Positions 8,089 to 17,091 of a stretch of DNA of 64,000 nucleotides are shown piece after piece. Both the position numbers and the translations under genes were made by a program. Under the pieces are notes generated by a model. That model ran no database searches and was not told where the DNA came from. It saw only the letters and a program-made list of their open reading frames with translations. The DNA comes from Flavobacterium sp. (GTDB taxonomy: Bacteria > Bacteroidota > Bacteroidia > Flavobacteriales > Flavobacteriaceae), in assembly GCA_036399435.1 (NCBI GenBank), contig DASWND010000162.1, positions 6,280-70,279 of the forward strand, read 5' to 3'. Within the stretch, counting starts at the first letter, position 1. Every line of letters begins with the position of its first letter.

Positions 8089-11000
8089 CTGCTTCTTTTT
8101 TGTGGTTCGACAAATAGTAAACTACCGGCACAATAAAAATATTGAGCAAGGTCGAGGTGAACAAGCCACCGAGAATAACTTTCGCCATAGGGCTTTGGAT
8201 TTCGTTGCCCGGCATATCGCTTGCAATGGCTAAAGGAACCAATGCCAATCCCGCAGTTAATGCAGTCATCAAGATCGGACTCAACCTATCTTTTGAACCT
8301 TGAATTATAGTGTCATATAAAGTCAATCCTTCTTTTTCCAATGTTTCGTAATGTGAGACCAGTAGAATTCCGTTCCGCGTTGCAACACCAAATAAAGTTA
8401 TGAAACCAATAATTGCAGGAATGCTTAAAATTCCGCTCGTGAAGTACACGGCAAATACACCACCAATAAGTGCTAATGGTAGATTTAGTAGAATTATGGA
8501 CGCGGTTTTAATCTGCTTAAATTCCTGGAATAAAATCAAGAAGATAATCAAGATTGAAAGGATTGAAGCCAAGAACAGCGTTCTTGATGCCTCGGCTTCT
8601 GCTTCAAATTGTCCGTCATACTCGATGTTATAACCTTCAGGCAGTTTTATCTTATCATTTATGCGGGCTCGCAGCTCTTCTACCACACTTTTTTGATCAC
8701 GACCAGCCACGTTTGCCGACACTACTGTTTTGCGTTGTACGTTTTCTCTGTTTATGGTGTTAGGACCGGAAGTGCTTACAATATCAGCAACATATTCTAA
8801 TGGAACTTTTTTACCATCATGAGTATCGATCATGGCGTTTTTGATATTGTTTAATTTGCCACGGTTTGCATCATCGAAACGAAGGACAAGATCAAAAGTC
8901 CTGTTACCATCATATATTTCGGAGACTTTTTCACCGGCAAAAGAAACGTCAACAAACTCGTTGAACTGACCGATAGTGATGCCATAATAGTTCAGCATTT
9001 CTCGTTTCGGTTTAATTTGAATTTGCGGAATTTCAACTTGCTGCTCTACTGATAAATCCACCAAACCTTCAATGTCTTGTATCTCACTTTTTATCTGGTT
9101 CGAAATTGTAAACAGCTTATTGAGATCGGTACCAAAAATTTTTATAGCTATGTTGGCACGTGTTCCCGAAAGCATATGGTCTATTCTGTGACCAATCGGC
9201 TGACCAATGGTAATATTTGCACCTGAAATTGCAGCTAACTTTTCACGGACTTCTGCCATAAATTCTTCGCGATCTCTTTCTGTGAGGTGAAACGGCACTT
9301 CAACTTCCGAGGAATTAACCCCTTGTGCGTGCTCATCCAACTCGGCTCGTCCTGTCCGCCTGGTGGTAACCTTTATTTCAGGTATGGTTAATAATGCTCT
9401 TTCGACCTGATTACCAATCTTATTACTTTCATCAAGTGAAATTCCCGGGAGACTGACGACACTAATAACCAGTGAACCTTCATTAAACTCAGGGAGGAAA
9501 CTTCGTCCCAATTGCGACATAAGTACCAAAGCTATTAAGAACAATCCGATAGCTCCCGCAATAACTGCCTTTTTGCTTTTCATAGCAAGTTCCAATGCTT
9601 TAAGGTAACCACTTTGCAAATGGCGCACTAGCCAACTCTCATTGTGCTGTTTAGCCAGCATCTTATCACTAGTTAGCAGATAACTGCACAGGACCGGCGT
9701 GAGTGTTATCGAAACAATGAGAGATGCAAAAAGTGCAACAATAAATGCTATCCCAAGAGGAGCGAGAAGTTTGCCCTCCATACCGGAAAGGAAAAACAAT
9801 GGGATGAATGCCACGATAATTATAAACGTTGCATTTATTACGGAGGTTCTTATCTCAAATGATGCATCGAAAATAACTGTAAGTTTTTTTCGCTGCTGTT
9901 CAATCGGGAGCCGTGCATTTTCCTTTAAACGCTTGAAGACATTCTCAACATCAATAATTGCGTCATCGACCAAGTCGCCAATAGCAATTGCCATTCCGCC
10001 AAGACTCATCGTGTTAATCGTAAATCCTAACCATTTGAGAGTTAGTATTGCTACGATCAATGATATTGGAATTGCAACTAATGATATAGCTGTTGCACGC
10101 CAATTCATCAAAAACAGAAACAGAATAATGATGACGAAGGCTGTTCCTTCAAGCAATGTTTTCTGGATGTTACTGATTGAAGCGTTTATGAAGTCCGCCT
10201 GTCGAAATACATGGGTATCAATATGGATGTCCTTTGGCAATGTCTTTTTTAGATCGGCTACAACATCATCAACCTTTTGAGTAAGTTCTAAAGTATTTGT
10301 AGAAGGCTGCTTTTGAACAGTCATCACAACTGCCGGTTTACCATTTTTGCTGGCATCACCAATCTTTTGCGCTGAACCAATTGTAAGTTCGGCAACATCA
10401 AGTATTCTGATGGCATTGTTGCCGTTCATTTTAATTACCGAGTTTCCAATTTCGTCAATGTCACTAGTGCGTCCAACACCTTTAATGATATATTCATTTC
10501 CGTATTCGTTCATAAATCCTCCGGAAGAGTTGCCGTTGGATTGTTGTGCAGCTTTGACTAGTTCTTGCAGGGATACTTTGTAGAAGTCCATTTTTTGTGG
10601 AGAAGCCAAAATCTGATATTGCTTGTAGTCCCCTCCGTTAATTACCACTTGGGCGACACCACCAGTAGCCAGTAACCGTGGCCTTATTGTCCAATCTGCG
10701 ATAGATCTAACGTCCATCATAGAAGTGCTGTCTGCTGTAACTGACAGAAACATAATTTCGCCCATGATGCTTGACTGGGGTGCCATTGTAGGATTTCCGA
10801 CTCCTTGCGGAAGCGTTTCACTGACAGCTGCAACCTTCTCATTAACTGTTTGACGTGCTATTAAAACATTAGTATTCCATTCGAATTCAATCCATACAAT
10901 TGAAATGCCTGCCGATGAAGAACTGCGGACGCGGCGTACATTAGTCGCACCGTTAACAGCGGTTTCAATTGGAAAAGTGACAAGTTTCTCAACCTCTTCG

Positions 11001-11173
11001 GGAGCCATTCCGTGAGCTTCGGTTAAAATGACAACCGTAGGTGCAGTGAGATCGGGAAAAACATCGACCTCCATTTTTGATGCCGTATAGGATCCAAACA
11101 CCAAAAGCAGTACGCTGCCAATGAGGATTATGAGCCTATTATGCAAGGCAAAGTTTATTATTTTATTTAGCAT
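8078..11173 (-). CDS. CusA/CzcA-family heavy-metal efflux RND transporter
   Basis: 1031 aa with 12-TM RND architecture. The TM4 motif is SLGGMAIAIGDLVDDAIIDVENVFKRL. It is flanked by adaptor and OMF genes. Confidence 0.92.
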   Translation of the reverse strand: MLNKIINFALHNRLIILIGSVLLLVFGSYTASKMEVDVFPDLTAPTVVILTEAHGMAPEEVEKLVTFPIETAVNGATNVRRVRSSSSAGISIVWIEFEWNTNVLIARQTVNEKVAAVSETLPQGVGNPTMAPQSSIMGEIMFLSVTADSTSMMDVRSIADWTIRPRLLATGGVAQVVINGGDYKQYQILASPQKMDFYKVSLQELVKAAQQSNGNSSGGFMNEYGNEYIIKGVGRTSDIDEIGNSVIKMNGNNAIRILDVAELTIGSAQKIGDASKNGKPAVVMTVQKQPSTNTLELTQKVDDVVADLKKTLPKDIHIDTHVFRQADFINASISNIQKTLLEGTAFVIIILFLFLMNWRATAISLVAIPISLIVAILTLKWLGFTINTMSLGGMAIAIGDLVDDAIIDVENVFKRLKENARLPIEQQRKKLTVIFDASFEIRTSVINATFIIIVAFIPLFFLSGMEGKLLAPLGIAFIVALFASLIVSITLTPVLCSYLLTSDKMLAKQHNESWLVRHLQSGYLKALELAMKSKKAVIAGAIGLFLIALVLMSQLGRSFLPEFNEGSLVISVVSLPGISLDESNKIGNQVERALLTIPEIKVTTRRTGRAELDEHAQGVNSSEVEVPFHLTERDREEFMAEVREKLAAISGANITIGQPIGHRIDHMLSGTRANIAIKIFGTDLNKLFTISNQIKSEIQDIEGLVDLSVEQQVEIPQIQIKPKREMLNYYGITIGQFNEFVDVSFAGEKVSEIYDGNRTFDLVLRFDDANRGKLNNIKNAMIDTHDGKKVPLEYVADIVSTSGPNTINRENVQRKTVVSANVAGRDQKSVVEELRARINDKIKLPEGYNIEYDGQFEAEAEASRTLFLASILSILIIFLILFQEFKQIKTASIILLNLPLALIGGVFAVYFTSGILSIPAIIGFITLFGVATRNGILLVSHYETLEKEGLTLYDTIIQGSKDRLSPILMTALTAGLALVPLAIASDMPGNEIQSPMAKVILGGLFTSTLLNIFIVPVVYYLSNHKKEADDK

Positions 11174-11181
11174 GGCGGATA

Positions 11182-12657
11182 TTAATGTTCATGGCCATGG
11201 GCCGGTAAGGTTCCTGACGCTGCCGACAGTTTGATTTGATATGCACCCTTGGACACGACTCGTTCGCCATCTGTAATACCGGATAGAATCTGTACATTTT
11301 GGCCATCATTGGCGCCTACTTTTACTTCACGTCTTTCGAAACTTTCACCCGCCGTTTGAACGAACACATAAAAAGTACCTTGTTCTTCAAGGAGTGAAGA
11401 GGCAGGAATGACCAGTGCTTTTGATATTGGCTCTGATTTTAAATACACCTCGACTACTGATCCAGAAATGATATTTCCGGGATTGTCAATTTCAAAAGTA
11501 ATTGGAACGAACGGTGAGCCGGGAGCAATGCTTTTTCCGAATGAAACTATTCGGCCGTTAAGAGCGCCGGTAGAAAATACATCACCTGTGTTGGATTTGA
11601 AATTCGCTTCGGATATGGTCGAGATTTTACCGAGATTGTTCTGTGATACATTTGCCTGCAAAACCAGTTTTCCATTCTTTGAGATAACTGCTAATGGCGC
11701 TCCAGCTTCCACAAATTGACCTTCCGACACTGCTATGCTTTTAATAAATCCCGTTAAAGGAGCCGTGATGTTCAACCCTTTTGAAGAATAATTTCGGGCG
11801 ATGGTGTTATACTGGCTGAGTGCAATTTGATAATTTCGCTGAATCTCTTCGAACTCCCGCCGTGATATGATTTGATCTTTAACCAATTCCTGAGCACGTG
11901 AGTAATCTAGTTTAGCCTTGCTAAAATTTGCATTAGCTTCATTGAAGCTCGAATTAACATTGCGCTCTGTCATATTACCACCCGCGATTGTAAAAAGGGA
12001 GGTTCCTTTGGCAACTGAAGTACCAACAGTGTTTTTTGTTCCGGAAAAAGACACGATTCCGCTTGCTGATGCAGTTACGATCGACTCATCACCGGGAGCA
12101 GATAAGACTTGTCCGCTAGTAACAATTACGTCAGAAAACGATTGTCTTTTGGCAGGTACATTTGCAAATTCAATCTTCCATGCCTGTTCTTTTAGAAATG
12201 CAATCTCACCGGAAGCTTTTTCTTCATGTTTGGGAATAGATTTCTCATCAGGATATACAACGACATTATTGATGACGATCCTGTCGGTAAAGTTTTTAGA
12301 TCTGATGTCAAAGATTAATTGACCGGTTCCGGCAGTACTTGGAGTAATCGCTAGTTTATATATACCCGGAACTTCAGGAGCATTGGACGTATGCTTTATT
12401 CCTTTTGTGCCTAGGATTAAACTGATGGTGACCTCGCCTTGTGAAAGTGCAGTAAAACTGTCACCTAACACAGTGAAGTGTGCCGCGAAATTAGTGCTTT
12501 CGCCTACAACCAATGGAGTGAATTCTACAAATAATTCGGTCTTGTCGGAGTAGATAGTATGAGATAGTGGTTCTTGATCGGCTGTTTTTTCCGTCGCAGA
12601 TTTATCGTTACAGCCTAAAGTGGCCATAGCGAATAAAAGGTATATTATTCGTTTCAT
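11182..12657 (-). CDS. Efflux RND periplasmic adaptor subunit (CzcB/CusB-like), lipoprotein
   Basis: I chose the ATG at 12657, which gives MKRIIYLLFAMATLGCNDK (lipobox). The longer ORF-track start (12735) overlaps the upstream gene. The protein has a barrel-sandwich/coiled-coil pattern and ends in AHGHEH. Confidence 0.85.
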   Translation of the reverse strand: MKRIIYLLFAMATLGCNDKSATEKTADQEPLSHTIYSDKTELFVEFTPLVVGESTNFAAHFTVLGDSFTALSQGEVTISLILGTKGIKHTSNAPEVPGIYKLAITPSTAGTGQLIFDIRSKNFTDRIVINNVVVYPDEKSIPKHEEKASGEIAFLKEQAWKIEFANVPAKRQSFSDVIVTSGQVLSAPGDESIVTASASGIVSFSGTKNTVGTSVAKGTSLFTIAGGNMTERNVNSSFNEANANFSKAKLDYSRAQELVKDQIISRREFEEIQRNYQIALSQYNTIARNYSSKGLNITAPLTGFIKSIAVSEGQFVEAGAPLAVISKNGKLVLQANVSQNNLGKISTISEANFKSNTGDVFSTGALNGRIVSFGKSIAPGSPFVPITFEIDNPGNIISGSVVEVYLKSEPISKALVIPASSLLEEQGTFYVFVQTAGESFERREVKVGANDGQNVQILSGITDGERVVSKGAYQIKLSAASGTLPAHGHEH

Positions 12658-12661
12658 GCTA

Positions 12662-12895
12662 TTAATGTTGATGACCTGATGATGAGTGATCATGTGCCGG
12701 CACAATTGAATCAGTGGTAACTTCTTGGGATGCATCGAACCCTATCTGCTCAGAATTGGAATTAGTATCTTCAGTCGGAACTGCATCGCTATGCTGGTGA
12801 GTACCGCTAGAATGGTCGTGACCATGTTCTTGCTGTTTGTTGTTGCAACTGATGAAGCAAAGCGCAACGGATGCAACTACTATAAAATTTTTCAT
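12662..12895 (-). CDS. Small His-rich lipoprotein (putative periplasmic metal-binding protein)
   Basis: 77 aa with lipobox ALCFISC. The mature part carries 9 His in HxH/HxHxH clusters and ends in SSGHQH. It lies 4 nt upstream of the adaptor gene. Confidence 0.6.
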   Translation of the reverse strand: MKNFIVVASVALCFISCNNKQQEHGHDHSSGTHQHSDAVPTEDTNSNSEQIGFDASQEVTTDSIVPAHDHSSSGHQH

Positions 12896-12983
12896 TATTG
12901 TATTATATGGATTACTTAATAGTCTAAAATATCGTCCTATAAGATGAGAAGCAGTCTTCTAATCGGTAGGTAGCATGAGATTT

Positions 12984-13403
12984 TTAGGCTAAAGCAGGTG
13001 GCGCTCGTAATCCGGAAGATAACAGCTGTGAAGATGAATCAGATAAATGATGTACTGTGCAGTTAGGTACGGGATGTACCATAGGAATTATAAATACAGT
13101 AGCTGTACAACCTACCAGAATAAATGAAGACAAGGTTTTTTTTGCAAACACCTTTACTTCAGAATCATTATTCATGAATGATTTGTCGCCAGTGTGCGAA
13201 TAATGACAGAACATATGGTTGTGACCTTCGGAGTCGCCGGAGTCGCTATTTATAACGTCGTGGTCATTATTGCCCGTGTCATGATGGTGGTGATGTTCTA
13301 ATTCTTGCGCATCGTGAAAGTGGTGATGCGGTACTGCATCATGTCCTAATGCAATTGCATAGGAAAGTAACATGAACAAAATGTGGATATATTTATTTTG
13401 CAT
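12984..13403 (-). CDS. His-rich membrane-anchored protein of unknown family (first gene of the czc-like operon)
   Basis: 139 aa with an N-terminal hydrophobic segment. His-rich stretches include PHHHFHDAQELEHHHHHD and GHNHMFCHYSH. There is a second hydrophobic segment (LSSFILVGCTATVFIIPMV). Confidence 0.55.
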   Translation of the reverse strand: MQNKYIHILFMLLSYAIALGHDAVPHHHFHDAQELEHHHHHDTGNNDHDVINSDSGDSEGHNHMFCHYSHTGDKSFMNNDSEVKVFAKKTLSSFILVGCTATVFIIPMVHPVPNCTVHHLSDSSSQLLSSGLRAPPALA

Positions 13404-13408
13404 CAGAA

Positions 13409-13416
13409 CAAAGGTA
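13409..13416 (-). promoter_or_regulatory. Bacteroidota -7 box (TACCTTTG) for the czc-like operon
   Basis: Exact TAnnTTTG match on the minus strand. Its G lies only 6 nt from the ATG at 13403, which implies a leaderless or near-leaderless mRNA. Confidence 0.4.
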
Positions 13417-13639
13417 CAAATTGTTTAATAATCTGTGTTTTAAATTTATACGCTCGGTATCTAATGTCTTGTTAGAATTATTCCAGTGCATTAATGTTCA
13501 CGGCATTTTCTGTGTTTAATATTATGAATCATTTAGGCAAAAGGAAAGTAAATATTTCCGTACTTAGGTAACTTAAGTAGCATACAACTAACAATAAACT
13601 TCAAATATCTCAAGCGTAAAAATTAATTTAAACACAATT

Positions 13640-13918
13640 ATGAAAACCAAATTATTTACAATTTTGGCAGTAACATTAATGTTAGCTGCATGCAACGTAA
13701 AAAAGGATGACGCAGCTACAACAACAAACGATGCTGTTCCAGTAGAAGATAGTGTTGATGGAGCCACCGGAGCAACCGATGCATCAGAGCAATTATATGC
13801 TTGTCCGATGCATCCTGAAGTAACAGGAAAATTGAACGACATCTGTCCAAAATGTGAGATGAAGTTAACGGAGCCGGTTGCTGCAGGAACGGAGAACCAT
13901 GATGAACATCAGCACTAA
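13640..13918 (+). CDS. Small lipoprotein with CPMHPE...CPxC metal-binding knuckle
   Basis: 92 aa with lipobox LMLAAC. The motif is YACPMHPEVTGKLNDICPKCEMKL, and the C-terminus is His-rich (ENHDEHQH). Confidence 0.75.
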   Translation: MKTKLFTILAVTLMLAACNVKKDDAATTTNDAVPVEDSVDGATGATDASEQLYACPMHPEVTGKLNDICPKCEMKLTEPVAAGTENHDEHQH

Positions 13919-13927
13919 AAAAGAAGG

Positions 13928-14485
13928 GTGAAACTGTATATTAAAAATATGGTTTGCAATCGCTGTAAAACTGTAAGGTCGGAGCTTGAAAACTTCGGCC
14001 TTACTCCGATTTATGTAGAGCTGGGAGATGTGGAACTAAAAAAAACAATAGAGAAGCCTGATCTGGAACGGTTGAATAAGGTGATGCAGCTACACGGTTT
14101 TGAAATTATTGATGATCGTAAAAGTCGCGTAACCGAAAAAGTAAAAAACCTAATCATTGAATTAATCTATTCTAAGAATAATTTCATAAAGACCAACTTA
14201 TCAAAATATATAGCACAGGAAGTAGGCAATGACTACAGCTATATCAGTAGTCTGTTTTCTCAACAGGAGTCTATTACTATTGAACAATACTACATTCTTC
14301 AGAAAATTGAACGCGTAAAAGAATTGCTTGTATACGACGAGCTGAACCTTAACGAGATCGCTAGCCTGCTGCACTACAGCAGCGCCTCTCACCTCACCAG
14401 ACAGTTCAAAAAAATTACGGGTTTGACGCCTACCTTTTTTAAGGAAATTAAGGAACAAAAACGAAAGCCTCTACATGATCTATAA
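13928..14485 (+). CDS. AraC-family transcriptional regulator with N-terminal HMA-like (MVCNRC) metal-binding domain
   Basis: 185 aa with a GTG start. The N-terminal ~65 aa show a beta-alpha-beta-beta-alpha-beta pattern with CxxC (KLYIKNMVCNRCKTV...). The C-terminus carries an AraC HTH pair (LNEIASLLHYSSASHLTRQFKKITGLTPTFF). Confidence 0.8.
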   Translation: MKLYIKNMVCNRCKTVRSELENFGLTPIYVELGDVELKKTIEKPDLERLNKVMQLHGFEIIDDRKSRVTEKVKNLIIELIYSKNNFIKTNLSKYIAQEVGNDYSYISSLFSQQESITIEQYYILQKIERVKELLVYDELNLNEIASLLHYSSASHLTRQFKKITGLTPTFFKEIKEQKRKPLHDL

Positions 14486-14566
14486 ATGTTGCAGATATAG
14501 ACCATAATTGTGCAATTGGTGAGGACGGTCTAATGCCGACCTTTGTATGGTACTAAATAATAAAAA

Positions 14567-17086
14567 ATGAAACATACATATCAACTCACCGGAATGACCT
14601 GTTCAGGATGTGAAGCTTTCGTGAAGTCGAAATTGCTTGCAGTTCCTGAGGTAACAGAAGCCGATGTCTCGAAAGATAAAGGTTTGGCAGTGGTAACAAT
14701 GGTTAAGCATGTATCTCTGGAAGCGTTACAAAATGCACTTGGTGGATCAGAAAGCAAGTATCAAATTCAACCGGAAGGACATCTTCAGGAAACTGCCGCT
14801 TCGGTAGGAGGGCATCATCAACATCATACGGCAAATCCTGCAACGATTGGAGACAATTCTTCGGGAAAATTTTATTGTCCAATGCATTGCGAAGGTGATA
14901 AAGTTTATGATAAGCCCGGAAGCTGCCCCGTATGTGGAATGAACTTAGAAAAATTGCCGACACTTCAGCCAAAGGCAACAAAGTATACCTGTCCGATGCA
15001 CCCGGAAATAATTAAAGACTCTGCAGGTGCATGCCCAATTTGCGGAATGGACCTGATTCCTATGGAGCCTCTTGCTGAAGAAGATGATAACACATATCGC
15101 CAATTACGTAAGAAATTTATAATTGCTGTTGCCTTTACAATACCAGTGTTTGTAATCGCAATGGTTGATATGCTTCCGAACAATCCGCTGATGCAAATTT
15201 TGCCAATGTCCAGTTGGAGTTGGATCCAACTTGTGCTCACAGCACCTGTTGTCGTAGCGACTTGGATGTTTTTCCAACGCGCCTGGACTTCTGTCATTAC
15301 ACGAAACCTTAACATGTTTACCTTGATCGGTTTGGGAACGGGTGTCGCCATAATCTTTAGTGTTATTGCTTTACTTTTTCCAGATATATTTCCGGCGCAG
15401 TTTAAGAATGAAATGGGTGGTGTTCATGTGTACTTTGAAGCTGCGGCCGTGATCCTGACGCTGGTATTACTTGGTCAACTTCTTGAAGCACGCGCACATA
15501 GCAGAACAAACAGTGCTATTAAGGAACTGCTCAAACTTGTTCCATCGACAGCAAATATTCTAGTGGGCGGCGTTGAAAAAACTATTGCAGTAGATGAAAT
15601 AAAGAAAGGTGACCTACTACGGGTCAAGCCAGGAGACAAAATTCCTGTAGATGGTAAATTAACTGAGGGTGAAGCCAATGTTGATGAATCAATGATAACC
15701 GGAGAACCGATGCCGGTAGAAAAGAAGTTTGATGATAAAGTTACTGCCGGAACAATCAACAGCACAACTTCATTTATAATGATTGCTGAAAAAGTAGGGG
15801 CCGAAACTTTGCTTTCGCAGATTATCAAGATGGTTAACGATGCAAGTCGTTCGCGTGCACCAATACAAAAGATCGTAGACAGGGTTGCCAGATATTTTGT
15901 ACCTATTGTCATTTCGATATCTATTATCACTTTTGTTGCATGGTGGATATTAGGCAGTGAATCAAATGTAGTTTTCGCATTAACAAATGCTATTGCAGTT
16001 TTGATCATTGCTTGTCCATGTGCACTAGGTTTAGCAACGCCAATGTCTATAATGGTGGGAGTGGGGCGAGGAGCACAAAATGGTGTGCTTATAAAAAACG
16101 CTGAAGCACTTGAGCGCCTTAATAAAGTTGATACGCTGATAATTGATAAAACAGGCACAATAACAGAAGGAAAACCCTCAGTTGGTGCATTGACCATAGA
16201 TCCAGATTTTAATGAAGCTGATGTACTTCAAATGATCGCTTCATTAAACCAGCACAGCGAGCATCCTTTAGCGCTTGCAGTTGTTAACTACGCTCGAGGT
16301 AAGAATGTAAAATTCCTTAATGTTGCAAACTTTAATTCGGTGACAGGTAAAGGTGTGGTCGGAATTATATCCGGTAAGCGGGTTGCTCTCGGCAACAGCA
16401 AGCTTCTTGATCAGGAAAGCGTAAAAATTCCTGATGCGATACTTGATCAAGCGCTTGCTCAGCAACAAACAGGAAAGACTGTTTCATATGTGTCTATAGA
16501 GGGTAAAACTGCCGGATTTGTTACAATAACAGACAAGATAAAAGCTACAAGCAAGGCAGCAATAAAGGAGTTGTTGGAGAACAATGTATCGGTGATCATG
16601 CTCACGGGGGATAATGCAAATACTGCAAAGACAGTAGCTGCAGAATTAAATCTATCCGACTATAAAGCAGATTTTTTACCTCAGGACAAGCTGAATGAAA
16701 TTAAAAAACTACAGGATCAAGGTAAAATCGTTGCGATGGCGGGAGACGGAATAAACGACGCACCCGCACTTGCACAAGCAAACGTTGGCATAGCAATGGG
16801 AACAGGAACTGATGTCGCGATCGAAAGTGCATCTATTACATTAGTCAAGGGAGATTTACAAGGAATTATGAAAGCAATCTCACTGAGCAAGAATGTGATG
16901 AAAAACATTAAACAGAACTTATTTTTCGCCTTCATCTACAATGTTTTGGGTATACCTATAGCTGCCGGGATATTGTATCCAACTTTCGGGATCCTACTTT
17001 CGCCGATGATAGCCGGGGCTGCCATGAGCGTAAGTTCGGTCTCGGTTATTCTAAACTCGCTTCGTTTGAGAAGTATTAAATTATAA
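14567..17086 (+). CDS. copA: Copper-translocating P1B-1 ATPase
   Basis: 839 aa. N-terminal HMA domain (GMTCSGCE) and two CPMH...CPxCGM knuckles (nt 14873-14947 and 14984-15055). Core motifs: CPCALGLATP, DKTGTITEG, GDGINDAP. The TM8 motif is AAMSVSSVSVILNSLRL (Cu(I) type). Confidence 0.93.
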   Translation: MKHTYQLTGMTCSGCEAFVKSKLLAVPEVTEADVSKDKGLAVVTMVKHVSLEALQNALGGSESKYQIQPEGHLQETAASVGGHHQHHTANPATIGDNSSGKFYCPMHCEGDKVYDKPGSCPVCGMNLEKLPTLQPKATKYTCPMHPEIIKDSAGACPICGMDLIPMEPLAEEDDNTYRQLRKKFIIAVAFTIPVFVIAMVDMLPNNPLMQILPMSSWSWIQLVLTAPVVVATWMFFQRAWTSVITRNLNMFTLIGLGTGVAIIFSVIALLFPDIFPAQFKNEMGGVHVYFEAAAVILTLVLLGQLLEARAHSRTNSAIKELLKLVPSTANILVGGVEKTIAVDEIKKGDLLRVKPGDKIPVDGKLTEGEANVDESMITGEPMPVEKKFDDKVTAGTINSTTSFIMIAEKVGAETLLSQIIKMVNDASRSRAPIQKIVDRVARYFVPIVISISIITFVAWWILGSESNVVFALTNAIAVLIIACPCALGLATPMSIMVGVGRGAQNGVLIKNAEALERLNKVDTLIIDKTGTITEGKPSVGALTIDPDFNEADVLQMIASLNQHSEHPLALAVVNYARGKNVKFLNVANFNSVTGKGVVGIISGKRVALGNSKLLDQESVKIPDAILDQALAQQQTGKTVSYVSIEGKTAGFVTITDKIKATSKAAIKELLENNVSVIMLTGDNANTAKTVAAELNLSDYKADFLPQDKLNEIKKLQDQGKIVAMAGDGINDAPALAQANVGIAMGTGTDVAIESASITLVKGDLQGIMKAISLSKNVMKNIKQNLFFAFIYNVLGIPIAAGILYPTFGILLSPMIAGAAMSVSSVSVILNSLRLRSIKL

Positions 17087-17091
17087 TTTAA

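Noticed and set aside
9699-10280. Long antisense ORFs inside large genes. Examples are 9699-10280 within the RND pump, 15475-16197 within copA, 14965-15351, 51154-51585, 52779-53207, 33165-33602 and 44143-44568.
   Set aside because: Each lies entirely within, and opposite to, a gene with unambiguous family motifs. Their products are low-complexity with no motif or promoter box. They are typical shadow ORFs.
12658-12735. Longer start for the RND adaptor (12735), plus similar upstream extensions for the alpha/beta hydrolase (25352) and rsmA (31868).
   Set aside because: The extensions overlap the upstream genes and destroy the signal peptide or the canonical N-terminus. Internal ATGs give lipobox/signal sequences or the conserved KsgA start.
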